Positions 10,403-19,529 of a DNA stretch of 64,000 nucleotides are shown here, in pieces. Within the stretch, counting starts at the first letter, position 1, and each line of letters starts with the position of its first letter. The translations under genes were made by a program, and so were the position numbers. The notes beneath the pieces were generated by a model. It saw only the letters and a list, made by a program, of their open reading frames with translations, was not told where the DNA came from and made no database searches. The stretch is taken from the NCBI GenBank assembly GCA_041665365.1, contig JBAYIY010000006.1, positions 19,602-83,601 of the forward strand. The letters are read 5' to 3'. Source of the stretch: Patescibacteria group bacterium. GTDB taxonomy: Bacteria > Patescibacteriota > Patescibacteriia > UBA9570.

Positions 10403-12409
10403 TTAGGCTAGTAAAACAACCAATAAAAGCGCCACTATATTTAGGACTTTAATCATTGGGTTAATGGCTGGGCCGGCGGTGTCTTTATAAGGATCACCTA
10501 CGGTATCACCAGTCACAGCGGCGGCATGAGCGGTTGAACCTTTACCGCCGTAATGACCTTTCTCAATATACTTTTTAGCATTGTCCCACGCACCACCACC
10601 AGTGGTCATAGAAATAGCTACAAACATACCGAGCACAATTGAACCCATCAAGACTCCCCCCACCGCGACTGGGCCAAGTAACGCCCAGACGATCACTGGC
10701 GTGAAAACAACTAACACTACTGGCAAGATCATTTGCCGTAAGGCAGCTTTGGTTACTAGATCAACACACGCCGCATAATCTGGTTGCGCGGTTCCTTCCA
10801 TAATGCCGGGAATACTTTTAAATTGACGGCGCACTTCTTTGACCACACTACCGGCCGCTTTACCGACGGCTTCCATACACAGAGCGGTAAAGTAATACGT
10901 AATCATGCCACCAATAAATAAACCAACAATTACTTTCGGATCTTCCAAACTAAATTTTAAAGTCTCACCTGACCGGGCTAAATAATCTTGTGTAAATGCC
11001 GCGAACAATACCAAGGCTGCCAAACCGGCTGAACCAATGGCGTACCCTTTAGTGACGGCTTTAGTGGTGTTACCAACCGCATCAAGCGCATCAGTAATTT
11101 CACGCACCTCATCTGGTAATTTAGCCATTTCCGCAATGCCACCGGCATTATCTGTAATTGGTCCAAAAGCATCTATTGTCACAATAATGCCAGCCAAAGA
11201 TAACATTGCCATGGCCGCTACAGCGATACCGTATAAACCGGCTAAACTGTAGGCAAATAATATAGCGATAACAATCACAAATACTGGGGCTAAGGTTGAT
11301 TTCAAAGAAATAGCTAAACCTTGAATCACGTTAGTACCATGGCCAGATTGTGACGCAAAGGCGATTGAGCGCACTGGTCGATAACTAGTTGAAGTGTAGT
11401 ATTCAGTAATCAAAACTAACAAGGCCGTCACGACTAAACCAACTAAAGCCGAACCATATAATTGACCGATTGAATATAATCCATTGTCGAGCATTAACCA
11501 TTTTGTTACCGGATAAAACACAATCGCCGACAGAACACCAGACACAATCAACCCCTTATACAACGCTCCCATAATTTTATTGGATCCCCCTAATCGAATA
11601 AACCAGGTACCAATAATTGAACAAATAATCGCGGCACCACCTAAGACTAACGGGTAAAGTAAAGCTAAATCTTTCGCTTCACCTTTGAAAATAAGTGAAC
11701 CAAGCAACATCGCTGCCACCGTTGTTACCGCATAAGTTTCAAATAAATCAGCGGCCATACCGGCATCATCACCGACATTATCGCCAACATTATCCGCAAT
11801 CACAGCTGGATTACGCGGATCATCTTCCGGAATACCGGCTTCAACTTTACCAACCAGGTCAGCCCCGACATCGGCGGCTTTGGTAAAGATACCACCACCG
11901 ACACGAGCAAACACAGAAATCAAACTACCACCAAAACCTAAACCAATTAAGGCATCAACATTATTTCCAGTGGCCCAAGCAAAACCGGCCACACCTAATA
12001 AAGCTAAACCAACCACCAACATACCAGTCACCGTGCCACCTTGCACACCAACTTTCATGGCTGCACCTAAACCTTGACGCGCCGCTTCAGCCGTTCTGAC
12101 ATTGGCGCGCACGGCTACATTCATACCAATATAACTAGCAATCGAAGATAGCACGGCTCCCACTAAAAAGCCGGTCGCCATTAAAATTCCCAATAACCAC
12201 CACAGTAATAAAAATAAACCAATGGCAATTACAGCAATAGTGCGGTATTGTCGATTAAGATAAGCCGAAGCACCAGTTTGAATCGCTTTGGCAATGCGCT
12301 GCATGTCTTCATTACCGGCTGGTTTCTTATTTATTTGAACGATTAAAACTACGCCATAGATAATAGCCACTACAGCGGTGCTTAATGAAAATATTATTCC
12401 TGGATGCAT
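10403..12409 (-). CDS. hppA: Membrane-bound H+-translocating pyrophosphatase, probably K+-independent
   Basis: [44 protein letters not shown]; GNTTKA (Lys variant). Confidence 0.95.
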   Translation of the reverse strand: MHPGIIFSLSTAVVAIIYGVVLIVQINKKPAGNEDMQRIAKAIQTGASAYLNRQYRTIAVIAIGLFLLLWWLLGILMATGFLVGAVLSSIASYIGMNVAVRANVRTAEAARQGLGAAMKVGVQGGTVTGMLVVGLALLGVAGFAWATGNNVDALIGLGFGGSLISVFARVGGGIFTKAADVGADLVGKVEAGIPEDDPRNPAVIADNVGDNVGDDAGMAADLFETYAVTTVAAMLLGSLIFKGEAKDLALLYPLVLGGAAIICSIIGTWFIRLGGSNKIMGALYKGLIVSGVLSAIVFYPVTKWLMLDNGLYSIGQLYGSALVGLVVTALLVLITEYYTSTSYRPVRSIAFASQSGHGTNVIQGLAISLKSTLAPVFVIVIAILFAYSLAGLYGIAVAAMAMLSLAGIIVTIDAFGPITDNAGGIAEMAKLPDEVREITDALDAVGNTTKAVTKGYAIGSAGLAALVLFAAFTQDYLARSGETLKFSLEDPKVIVGLFIGGMITYYFTALCMEAVGKAAGSVVKEVRRQFKSIPGIMEGTAQPDYAACVDLVTKAALRQMILPVVLVVFTPVIVWALLGPVAVGGVLMGSIVLGMFVAISMTTGGGAWDNAKKYIEKGHYGGKGSTAHAAAVTGDTVGDPYKDTAGPAINPMIKVLNIVALLLVVLLA

Positions 12410-12412
12410 ATA

Positions 12413-13606
12413 TTATTCAGTTTTAGTTGATTCAATTTTTTCTACTTCTTTCTCTTCTTTTTTTTCAGCGTCTTCAGCTCGAATGATATCAATCGACCAA
12501 CCGGTTAAGCGGGAAGCTAACCGGACATTCTGACCACCCTTACCAATCGCTAAGGAGAATTGATCTTCTGGAACTTCAGCGGTGGCAATTTTTTTACCGT
12601 CTACTTCTTTCAATGAAACACTAGTAATTTTAGCTGGAGATAATGCATTGATAATAAACTTAACAGCATCGTCATCATAATGAATGATATCAATTTTTTC
12701 ACCACCAAGTTCTGTAATCACAGTTTGTACGCGGGTACCACGTTGACCAACACATGAACCAATTGGATCAATACTTGGGTCGGTTGCGGCCACGGCAATT
12801 TTGGTACGCGAACCGGCTTCACGGGCAATCGCTTTAACCACCACACTGCCGGAACCAATTTCCGGCACTTCAGCAGCAAACAAAGCCGATACTAAATTAG
12901 CATTGGAGCGTGAGGCAATAATTTCAGGCCCACGGTGCGTTTTTTCGATTGATAGTAATAATACTTTTATGCGTTGACCGGGTTTATATACTTCACTGCG
13001 CACCTGTTCGGCTGGAGGCATAACCGCCACGGCTTGACCCAGATCAACAAAAACCACTTTACCTTCCACCCGTTGAATCATAACGTTGATCACTTCGCCC
13101 ACACGATCTTGATACAACTTGAAGAGTGTTTCCCGTTCGGCTTCACGCAATTTTTGAATAATCACTTGTTTGGCTGTTTGTGCGGCCATTCGACCAAATT
13201 CAGCCGGCACTTCTACTTCATCACGAATTTCATCACCTAATTCAATATCAGCAATTTCCTCTTTCGCTTGGGTATAAGGAATATCTGTTTTAGGATTAAA
13301 GCGTTTTACCGGTTCACCTTTGTCATCTAACGCTGGAGCACTTTCTACTAAACCAGTCGTAGCGTCTTTATCTTTTTGATATTGCTCATATAAAGCATCT
13401 TCCACTACAGTGGTCACTTCAAATATACGCATCGAGCCATCATTAGGGTTAAATTCCACGCGAATGTCTTTTCCCTTCTGGCCCATCTCTTTACGGTAAG
13501 CTACCGCTAAAGCGGTTTCAATTGTTTCTACCACGGCTTCAAACGGAATGCCTTTTTCTTCGCAAATCTGTTTGATGGCCGCACCGACTTCTTTTGGATC
13601 TGGCAT
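12413..13606 (-). CDS. nusA: Transcription termination factor NusA
   Basis: FGRMAAQTAKQVIIQ, S1 and KH domains, AIGKGGQNVRLASRLTGW. Confidence 0.96.
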   Translation of the reverse strand: MPDPKEVGAAIKQICEEKGIPFEAVVETIETALAVAYRKEMGQKGKDIRVEFNPNDGSMRIFEVTTVVEDALYEQYQKDKDATTGLVESAPALDDKGEPVKRFNPKTDIPYTQAKEEIADIELGDEIRDEVEVPAEFGRMAAQTAKQVIIQKLREAERETLFKLYQDRVGEVINVMIQRVEGKVVFVDLGQAVAVMPPAEQVRSEVYKPGQRIKVLLLSIEKTHRGPEIIASRSNANLVSALFAAEVPEIGSGSVVVKAIAREAGSRTKIAVAATDPSIDPIGSCVGQRGTRVQTVITELGGEKIDIIHYDDDAVKFIINALSPAKITSVSLKEVDGKKIATAEVPEDQFSLAIGKGGQNVRLASRLTGWSIDIIRAEDAEKKEEKEVEKIESTKTE

Positions 13607-13624
13607 AAATATAGAATTGGTTAG

Positions 13625-13644
13625 AGACATGCCATGGCATGTCT
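13625..13644. repeat. Truncated REP-like palindrome AGACATGCCATGGCATGTCT
   Basis: Same core as 19468-19515, 20788-20807, 54113-54140. Confidence 0.8.
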
Positions 13645-13651
13645 TATAAAT

Positions 13652-13680
13652 AAAAAAAGTAGTATTTTTAATACTACTTC
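13652..13680 (-). terminator. AU-rich hairpin plus U7 in the nusA leader
   Basis: Minus strand GAAGTAGTATT-AAA-AATACTACTTTTTTT. Confidence 0.6.
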
Positions 13681-13711
13681 ACATTAGTCTGTAAAGAGTA
13701 TGGCGGATGGG

Positions 13712-14059
13712 TTAGTTCTTGTCAATACTAGGAAGAAACATAATGTTTTGCCCGATGATACCGATGGCACCAATCGCTAAACCAGTATAGGTTAGGTGAT
13801 GATCTGTCACGTAGGTTAAGCCTAGTCGCCGCAGCATACAGCGTTTACGTCGACCAATCGCATGAAATGGGTGCCCATAGCGCCAACCCGATCTAGTTTT
13901 GACTTCAAAAAAATATATCACCGTATCTTTTTTAGCGATAATATCAATCTCTCCACTGCGCCTGCTCCAGTTTCGTTCCAAAATGGTATAACCTAGTTTT
14001 AGTAGGTATTCGGTCGCTTGGTTTTCACCGGTTTTCCCAGTTTCATGTCTAGCATACAT
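13712..14059 (-). CDS. yraN: YraN-family (UPF0102) endonuclease
   Basis: GKTGENQA, ILERNW, GEIDII, FFEVKTR; lies near rnhB. Confidence 0.88.
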   Translation of the reverse strand: MYARHETGKTGENQATEYLLKLGYTILERNWSRRSGEIDIIAKKDTVIYFFEVKTRSGWRYGHPFHAIGRRKRCMLRRLGLTYVTDHHLTYTGLAIGAIGIIGQNIMFLPSIDKN

Positions 14060-14130
14060 AAAAAACGCTTCCCACACACAATAGGCAGCGCTTGTCCGAG
14101 CATGGTAGCACGCTTACTTCACGAACACAA
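14060..14130 (-). promoter_or_regulatory. Promoter plus conserved nuclease-leader hairpin (yraN)
   Basis: TTGTGT-17-TACCAT then AAGCGCT-GCCTATTGTGTGTGGGA-AGCGTTTTTT-ATG. Confidence 0.65.
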
Positions 14131-14662
14131 GTCCCCAGTGGTATGGTCCGGCGTTAAATTCAGCGGTTAATTGCATGTGTAGATCTTCGGCTATTTTTTT
14201 CACCTCCTCTGGATGTACGCGCATGTCATTAACTGGCCCCAGTGGCGCTGTGACATCTGGTTTCCAATCAACCACAATCAGTTTTCCACCTGGTCGAACC
14301 ATGCGATGACATTCTTGAACCATTTTCGCGCGTTGTTTAGATTGAAACAGAACTGTTACCATAAAACCGACCATCAAGCTGTTATCCCGAATCGCTTTAG
14401 TAGCACCATAGATTTCTAAATCACTCCACACCGTTTGCACATTATTCAAACCATGCATTTTGGCTTTATTTTGTACGGCCGGCAAAATAGTTTTAACCAC
14501 ATCAACTGCATAAACGATACCATTTTTGCCCACTTGCGCCGCCGCTGGCAAAGCGAGCTTGGCCTCACGCCCAGTACCAAAATCGGCCACATAATCACCC
14601 AATTTTAATTGGGCATGATACAAAATTGTTTTTACATCAATCATCGGACTATTCATTTGCAT
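14114..14662 (-). CDS. Class I SAM-dependent methyltransferase
   Basis: VADFGTG, VYAVDV, RPGGKLIVVDW. Confidence 0.85.
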   Translation of the reverse strand: MQMNSPMIDVKTILYHAQLKLGDYVADFGTGREAKLALPAAAQVGKNGIVYAVDVVKTILPAVQNKAKMHGLNNVQTVWSDLEIYGATKAIRDNSLMVGFMVTVLFQSKQRAKMVQECHRMVRPGGKLIVVDWKPDVTAPLGPVNDMRVHPEEVKKIAEDLHMQLTAEFNAGPYHWGLVFVK

Positions 14663-14665
14663 GGC

Positions 14666-15241
14666 TTAAGTATAAAGCAGCTTGTGAATCGGAGCAAATG
14701 ATTTTCTATGATAGGGGCTAATTCCATATTTTTTTAATTGTTGTTGGTGTAAAGCTGTACCGTACCCTTTATGTTGGCCAAACATGTATTTACCATCAAC
14801 TGTATCAAGATAGTGCATTAAAGTATCTCGCACCACTTTGGCCACAATCGAGGCGGCACCAATTGTATAATTAGTTGCATCACCATGAATAATTTTCTTG
14901 ATTGGTAAATAATGATGCAAGACAAAACCGTCTACTAAAATAAGCTCTGGCGCTGGATCAAGGTGGGTAATGCAGTAAGATAGAGCAAACATATTGGCTT
15001 GATGCACACCCAACTGATCAATATCCGTTTGCGGCACAGACACAACCACACAGCTAATGGCCGTCGAGACTATTTTTGGAAATAATTTGATTCTTTGTTG
15101 GTGTGATAACTGCTTAGAATCAGCCACACCGGTAATTCGTTTTCCTTGTGGCATAATAATGGCACAAGCCACTAATGGCCCAGCCCAGGCACCTCGCCCG
15201 ACTTCATCAACCCCGGCAATTAGATGATAACTTTCCTTCAT
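14666..15241 (-). CDS. rnhB: Ribonuclease HII
   Basis: AGVDEVGRGAWAGP, DSKQL, AASIVAKV, HKGYGT. Confidence 0.95.
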   Translation of the reverse strand: MKESYHLIAGVDEVGRGAWAGPLVACAIIMPQGKRITGVADSKQLSHQQRIKLFPKIVSTAISCVVVSVPQTDIDQLGVHQANMFALSYCITHLDPAPELILVDGFVLHHYLPIKKIIHGDATNYTIGAASIVAKVVRDTLMHYLDTVDGKYMFGQHKGYGTALHQQQLKKYGISPYHRKSFAPIHKLLYT

Positions 15242-15307
15242 CTTTTTAGTATACACCCATGCCCTGTTACTTGACCTGAAAAAATAGTATGATAACATGT
15301 GACACCT

Positions 15308-16135
15308 ATGGCGAAACGAATTGGTAAGGATCGACTCACTATCACCATGCGACAAGATGTCTTAGCTGCGCTTGATAGCTTCATTAATGGTGATACCATT
15401 CGTAATCGTTCTCAAGCCATCGAACATATCGTTGCCCGTCATCTTGGCACTGGCATTGATACTTGTGTGATTTTAGCCAGTGGCCGTGAAGATCAATCGA
15501 TCAAATGTTTAAAACGCGTGCAAAATCGGCCTGTGATTGCCTATACCATTGAGATGTTGCGTCTGGCTAACATTCACAACATCATTATGGTAATAAATAA
15601 GAAATGTCCGGATATAAAACAATATTTGGGTAACGGTTTACAATACAGAGTTAATATTCAATATATTGAAGAAGACAATCCGACTGGCACGGCACAATCG
15701 TTGCAGAAGGTAAAAGGTCTGATCGATAAAACATTTTTATTGTTATATGGTGATGTACTGGCCGATATAGATATTCAGGAATTGGTTAGATTTCATCATG
15801 ACATGGATCATATTATAATGACCCTAGCCGTGACCGCCGCCACTAATCCATCTTTGTATGGTGTGGCCGAACTACAAGGTAAACGAATTTATCGCTTAAT
15901 CGAAAAACCAACTCAACTAAAAAAGAGTAATCTCGTCGTCGCTGGTGTGGCTGTGTGTGAACCTGAACTGTTTAAAGAAATACCAGAGCATTGTGAAAAT
16001 AAATATTTAGCCCGAGACATCCTCCCAGATTTAGCCCACCGTGGACAAATTGGCGGTTATCCTTTTTCCAACAAATGGTTTGATGTGTCCCATGAGGATG
16101 AATACACCCGCGCGCAAGCGGAGTGGGTGGAATAA
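15308..16135 (+). CDS. Ribbon-helix-helix domain fused to a sugar-phosphate nucleotidyltransferase-like domain
   Basis: N-terminal RLTITM...RNRSQAIE; PTGTAQSL, LLYGD, YGV, IEKP, WFDV. Confidence 0.8.
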   Translation: MAKRIGKDRLTITMRQDVLAALDSFINGDTIRNRSQAIEHIVARHLGTGIDTCVILASGREDQSIKCLKRVQNRPVIAYTIEMLRLANIHNIIMVINKKCPDIKQYLGNGLQYRVNIQYIEEDNPTGTAQSLQKVKGLIDKTFLLLYGDVLADIDIQELVRFHHDMDHIIMTLAVTAATNPSLYGVAELQGKRIYRLIEKPTQLKKSNLVVAGVAVCEPELFKEIPEHCENKYLARDILPDLAHRGQIGGYPFSNKWFDVSHEDEYTRAQAEWVE

Positions 16136-16671
16136 AACATTTTTTTTGGATTGTTATAAATATATTGCCGGGTATAATCCAATTGCCGTGGTGTGCGAAT
16201 AATTTCATCGTAATACCGGGGTTGCCAATGGAAATATTGATCCGGTTGTTTTTTTCGAATATAAAACGTGGTGACACCTTTATACCATCGAATTATATGC
16301 GGTAACGATGTGGGATGTAACATTGGATTATTTTGTTTTGTCACCCCACCGGTTTGATGAAACCCTCTGGTAGAGACGCGATTAATCGCGTCTCTACCAG
16401 AGGGTTTCATGTACACAATCCCATGCATGTGATCCGGCATGATCACAAACGCATCCAATTGCATATGTGGAAAATGTTCCGGAATGTTTAACCAATATTG
16501 ATGGGCTGTTTCACCAATATCCGATAAACACATATAACCGTTTTTAATAAAACCAAATGGGTTTTTGTATCGCTGTTTTACGCAAATCGTAATAAAATAC
16601 CACCCCGGTGTGGCATAATTCCAACCGGTTAATCGAATTGATGGTGTAAAATACCGTTGCCTATATAACAT
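16057..16671 (-). mobile_element. REP-associated tyrosine transposase (RAYT-like, Y1 HUH) gene 1
   Basis: SIRLTGWNY, YFITIC, VIMPDHMHGI (HUH), WQPRYYDEIIR, YIYNNP. Confidence 0.88.
16357..16410. repeat. 54-bp perfect palindrome (core GTAGAGACGCGATTAATCGCGTCTCTAC) in frame inside RAYT 1
   Basis: ATGAAACCCTCTGGTAGAGACGCGATT|AATCGCGTCTCTACCAGAGGGTTTCAT; encodes GRDAINRVST. Confidence 0.9.
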
Positions 16672-16733
16672 AAAACGCCCCATAAGGCGGCGCTTTTCAT
16701 GAACAGGTTATCACAAATAATTGGTTTACACAA
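16672..16733 (-). promoter_or_regulatory. Promoter plus conserved nuclease-leader hairpin (RAYT 1)
   Basis: TTGTGT-17-TAACCT then GAAAAGCGCC-GCCTTATGG-GGCGTTTT-ATG. Confidence 0.65.
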
Positions 16734-16773
16734 TGTTTGATATATAACGTAAACAATCAACCTGGTATATGAC

Positions 16774-16831
16774 GTCGACAATCATCCGGTAGAGACGCGA
16801 TTAATCGCGTCTCTACCGGATGATTGTCGAC
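16774..16831. repeat. 58-bp perfect palindrome with the same REP core, upstream of RAYT 1
   Basis: GTCGACAATCATCCGGTAGAGACGCGATT|AATCGCGTCTCTACCGGATGATTGTCGAC. Confidence 0.9.
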
Positions 16832-17105
16832 CGGATGATTGTTCATTTTAACGGGTGATTTTACGATTCCCCCATTCAGGTGTGACAATCCACCTGGACA
16901 ACCAAAACCAATCCCTGTACAAATGGTGGGTCTTGTTCTTTTTATCGTGGTACACCCGCATTTTTATTGATCACAATTACTGATGTGAGGTGAGTTTGGT
17001 GATGAGTGAAAGTGAGGGTGTACCCAAAAAGTTCCCCCTGCACGGTCCAGTGGGATCGTGTTTTCGTGTACAAAGAAAATCAACCTGAACAAGAAGGAAT
17101 GACAA

Positions 17106-18560
17106 GTGGCCCCCAACAACCTCCCCGTGTACGACAACGGGGATATCTTGAAGTTGACCGTCGCGGTCGACCCGAACATCGTTCGGGCTGACATGCCGGC
17201 GGTGAATCGCACGTCTGCGGAACTCAAGAACCTGGGCACGATCGTCCAGGACGCCCTGATCGAAGAGGGCAAGGAACTGGTGCAGGCCGGAATCGGCGAT
17301 GCCAACACGGAGTACACGCTCCGTGATTTGGCTGAGGCCATCAACTCGGCGGCACACCGGGATGTGCTGCCAATCTCTGGCCTCGTCACGCCGGACGCAC
17401 CGGCGTTCCACCTCGAGTACGGCGATGTTCGGGGTATCCACGCCCTGATCACTGTGCTCAAAAACTTCCTCGGCGTCCTCCTCGGCATCGAGGTTCGCGA
17501 CTACGTGACGATCACCCACGGTGGGCGCTCGGCGGTCTTTATGGCCGTCCGTTCATTCACGCAGTTCATGGTCGCTACCCTGAAGTCGATGGGCGTCGAG
17601 GGACCGCCAATGGTGGCGGTTCCAGTGGAAACCTGGGGAACCTACCCCAACATCGTCGCCCAGGCGCTGGGCGACGGGGTATTCCACCCGATCCCCTGCA
17701 GAGACGGCCTGCTCGACGCCGAAGCACTCGACGAAGCGTGCACGCGCAACCCGCGCATTCGCATGCTCATCTTCTGCAATCCGGTGAATCCGAGCGGCCG
17801 GACGTATGGATCCGATCGCATGGCGCGGATCGCCAGGATCGTGGCCAAACACAAGTTGTGCGTCCACGCCGATGACATGTACGCGATGTTTGCGTGGGTT
17901 CACCCCCATCGCAGCATCCTGCGCGCTGCCGCGGCGCTGGCGCACTCGGGTGAAAAGGAGGTTGGAGAGTGGGTCGCATCCCACACCACCCTCCTCACGG
18001 GTGTCATGAAGGCCGGGGGCTCGGGTTCCCGTGTGAACTTCATGGTCATCCCGAACGACAATCTGCGGGCTCGCTTCGTCGCGAACCAGGGCGACCTGTA
18101 CGGTCCGCCGAACATGATGGGGCAGCTGTTGCAGCTCGCCTTCATCAAGCACGGTGGGCCGGAGCGCGTCTGGCTCGAGATGAAGGAGCGGCGTGATGCC
18201 CTCCAGGCCAAGCTGACCGAGGTCGCCGGACGTATCACCGGCTGCCCGATCACCCTGACCTGGAGTGCTATGGAAGGCGGTTTCTACACCGCCATGCACC
18301 TCAACGGCATCGGTGGAATGAAGTACACCGATCGCAGCGGTACCTCCCGGGTCATCATGACGGGCGAGGATATGGCTCGGTTCCTCGTCCAGCGGGCTGG
18401 CATCGTCGCCACGCCCGATGTCGCGGCGTGCGTCGGTGACGTCACCTTCGCGCGCATCGCGTATGGCATGATGCGTCCGGAGACCGTCGAGGTTTTCGGC
18501 AACCAGTTGGCAGACGCCGTGATCGGGCTGTGCGCCGAAAACGGCCACAACCCGAAGTAG
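17106..18560 (+). CDS. PLP-dependent aminotransferase class I/II (GC-rich, divergent)
   Basis: CNPVNPSG, DDMY, TGVMK (putative PLP Lys) followed by SR, EGGFY, ARIAY; AAGGA upstream of GTG start. Confidence 0.8.
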   Translation: MAPNNLPVYDNGDILKLTVAVDPNIVRADMPAVNRTSAELKNLGTIVQDALIEEGKELVQAGIGDANTEYTLRDLAEAINSAAHRDVLPISGLVTPDAPAFHLEYGDVRGIHALITVLKNFLGVLLGIEVRDYVTITHGGRSAVFMAVRSFTQFMVATLKSMGVEGPPMVAVPVETWGTYPNIVAQALGDGVFHPIPCRDGLLDAEALDEACTRNPRIRMLIFCNPVNPSGRTYGSDRMARIARIVAKHKLCVHADDMYAMFAWVHPHRSILRAAAALAHSGEKEVGEWVASHTTLLTGVMKAGGSGSRVNFMVIPNDNLRARFVANQGDLYGPPNMMGQLLQLAFIKHGGPERVWLEMKERRDALQAKLTEVAGRITGCPITLTWSAMEGGFYTAMHLNGIGGMKYTDRSGTSRVIMTGEDMARFLVQRAGIVATPDVAACVGDVTFARIAYGMMRPETVEVFGNQLADAVIGLCAENGHNPK

Positions 18561-18738
18561 CTTCCCTAGGTTCGCCGTTGAGGTAAAAGGTGGGAAGTAC
18601 GCTCTCCCCCTGGTCACGCGCACTTGACCGCGCGAAAGTGACCACCCCAACGGCGGCCTTTGGGGAAGAACAAGACAACGAGGAGAACAAGTGTGTGTGC
18701 TATATCCAGCGGGACGTAGCACACCGAATGTTCTCCTC
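18561..18738 (+). ncRNA. Candidate structured RNA / 3' UTR (multibranch stem plus long hairpin)
   Basis: 18561-18580 pairs with 18648-18668 and encloses two hairpins; GAGGAGAACA...TGTTCTCCTC second stem. Confidence 0.4.
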
Positions 18739-18791
18739 CCTTCAGCAATCTGTATCAATTTATTGGTACAGATTGATTAGGGAAAAAATAT

Positions 18792-18837
18792 AAAAACCCG
18801 GTAGAGACGTTGTATGCAACGTCTCTACCGGGTTTTT
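18792..18837. repeat. REP-like palindrome variant (GTAGAGACGTTGTATGCAACGTCTCTAC) with extended arms
   Basis: AAAAACCCG-core-CGGGTTTTT; A/T tails suggest it may act as a bidirectional terminator. Confidence 0.85.
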
Positions 18838-18908
18838 GTGATTATTATGTGTATGGTCGGGGGTGAGCGCATGATGTGTGGCGCTCAAACCCCCGAACCT
18901 GTGTGTGA

Positions 18909-19100
18909 TCAATATCGCTGTGATTTCGGGATCCCGTGATCTAGAACCTCGTATGACCCCCTCTCTGCAGGGGCCACTTCCTGTTGTTCCGGCAATCTCC
19001 GATAAGCGAATCCAAGAAACTCCCCATCCCAATCCCAGGGGTCAGACTCTTGATCTGAGCCGTTTTTTTCACTTTCGTTTTCAGGTTTCTTTTCAGGCAC
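18909..19100 (-). CDS. Small acidic hypothetical protein (63 aa)
   Basis: AAGGAGG four nt before GTG; stop followed by a hairpin shared with the neighbouring unit. Confidence 0.5.
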   Translation of the reverse strand: MPEKKPENESEKNGSDQESDPWDWDGEFLGFAYRRLPEQQEVAPAERGSYEVLDHGIPKSQRY

Positions 19101-19140
19101 ACAGCCTCCTTTGGCTGAGCCATATTAGTTTATAATCATA

Positions 19141-19167
19141 AAAAAAACAAACACCTTTGTAGGTGTT
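19141..19167 (-). terminator. Intrinsic terminator
   Basis: Minus strand AACACCTACAAAGGTGTT followed by TGTTTTTTTT. Confidence 0.65.
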
Positions 19168-19224
19168 GTGATGTCGGCCAGGGGTGAGCGCATGCTATCT
19201 GCGCTCGAACCCCCGGCCTGTTGC

Positions 19225-19374
19225 TCAGCAGTAGCACGGTTCGTCGGACGTAGTCCAACGAGGTTTCACGATTTTTTCCCCGTTTTCGGCGGGAGTTTTT
19301 GCCAGCTGAATCGCCGGCTCAGTCTCCAGCCTCAGTGGGGTTTTCTCGATCTTTTTGTCGTTTTCTTTCGCCAC
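19225..19374 (-). CDS. Small hypothetical protein (49 aa, ends in CYC)
   Basis: TTGACA-16-TACGAT promoter, AGGAGG four nt before GTG. Confidence 0.5.
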   Translation of the reverse strand: MAKENDKKIEKTPLRLETEPAIQLAKTPAENGEKIVKPRWTTSDEPCYC

Positions 19375-19467
19375 ATGTCCTCCTATGAGCTGGGGTATCG
19401 TAATAAAAAATATCATCATGTCAAACCAAAAAAGTATGATGAATGCCAAAATAATAACAATGTGTAC

Positions 19468-19515
19468 ATTAAAAACAGTAGAGACATGCCATGGCATGTC
19501 TCTACTGTTTTTAAT
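19468..19515. repeat. 48-bp perfect palindrome, core GTAGAGACATGCCATGGCATGTCTCTAC
   Basis: ATTAAAAACA-core-TGTTTTTAAT, downstream of gdhA. Confidence 0.9.
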
Positions 19516-19529
19516 TGGGGAAGGTATGT

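Noticed and set aside
16964-18758. Long antisense and alternate-frame ORFs (401, 180 and 174 aa) over the GC-rich gene
   Set aside because: Shadow ORFs expected from high GC3 codon usage; only the + strand 484-aa frame has recognisable motifs
18941-19123. 60-aa ATG-started ORF MAQPKEAV
   Set aside because: The overlapping GTG frame 18909-19100 has a strong SD and its stop sits just before the shared hairpin, as in the neighbouring unit; this ORF is not fully excluded
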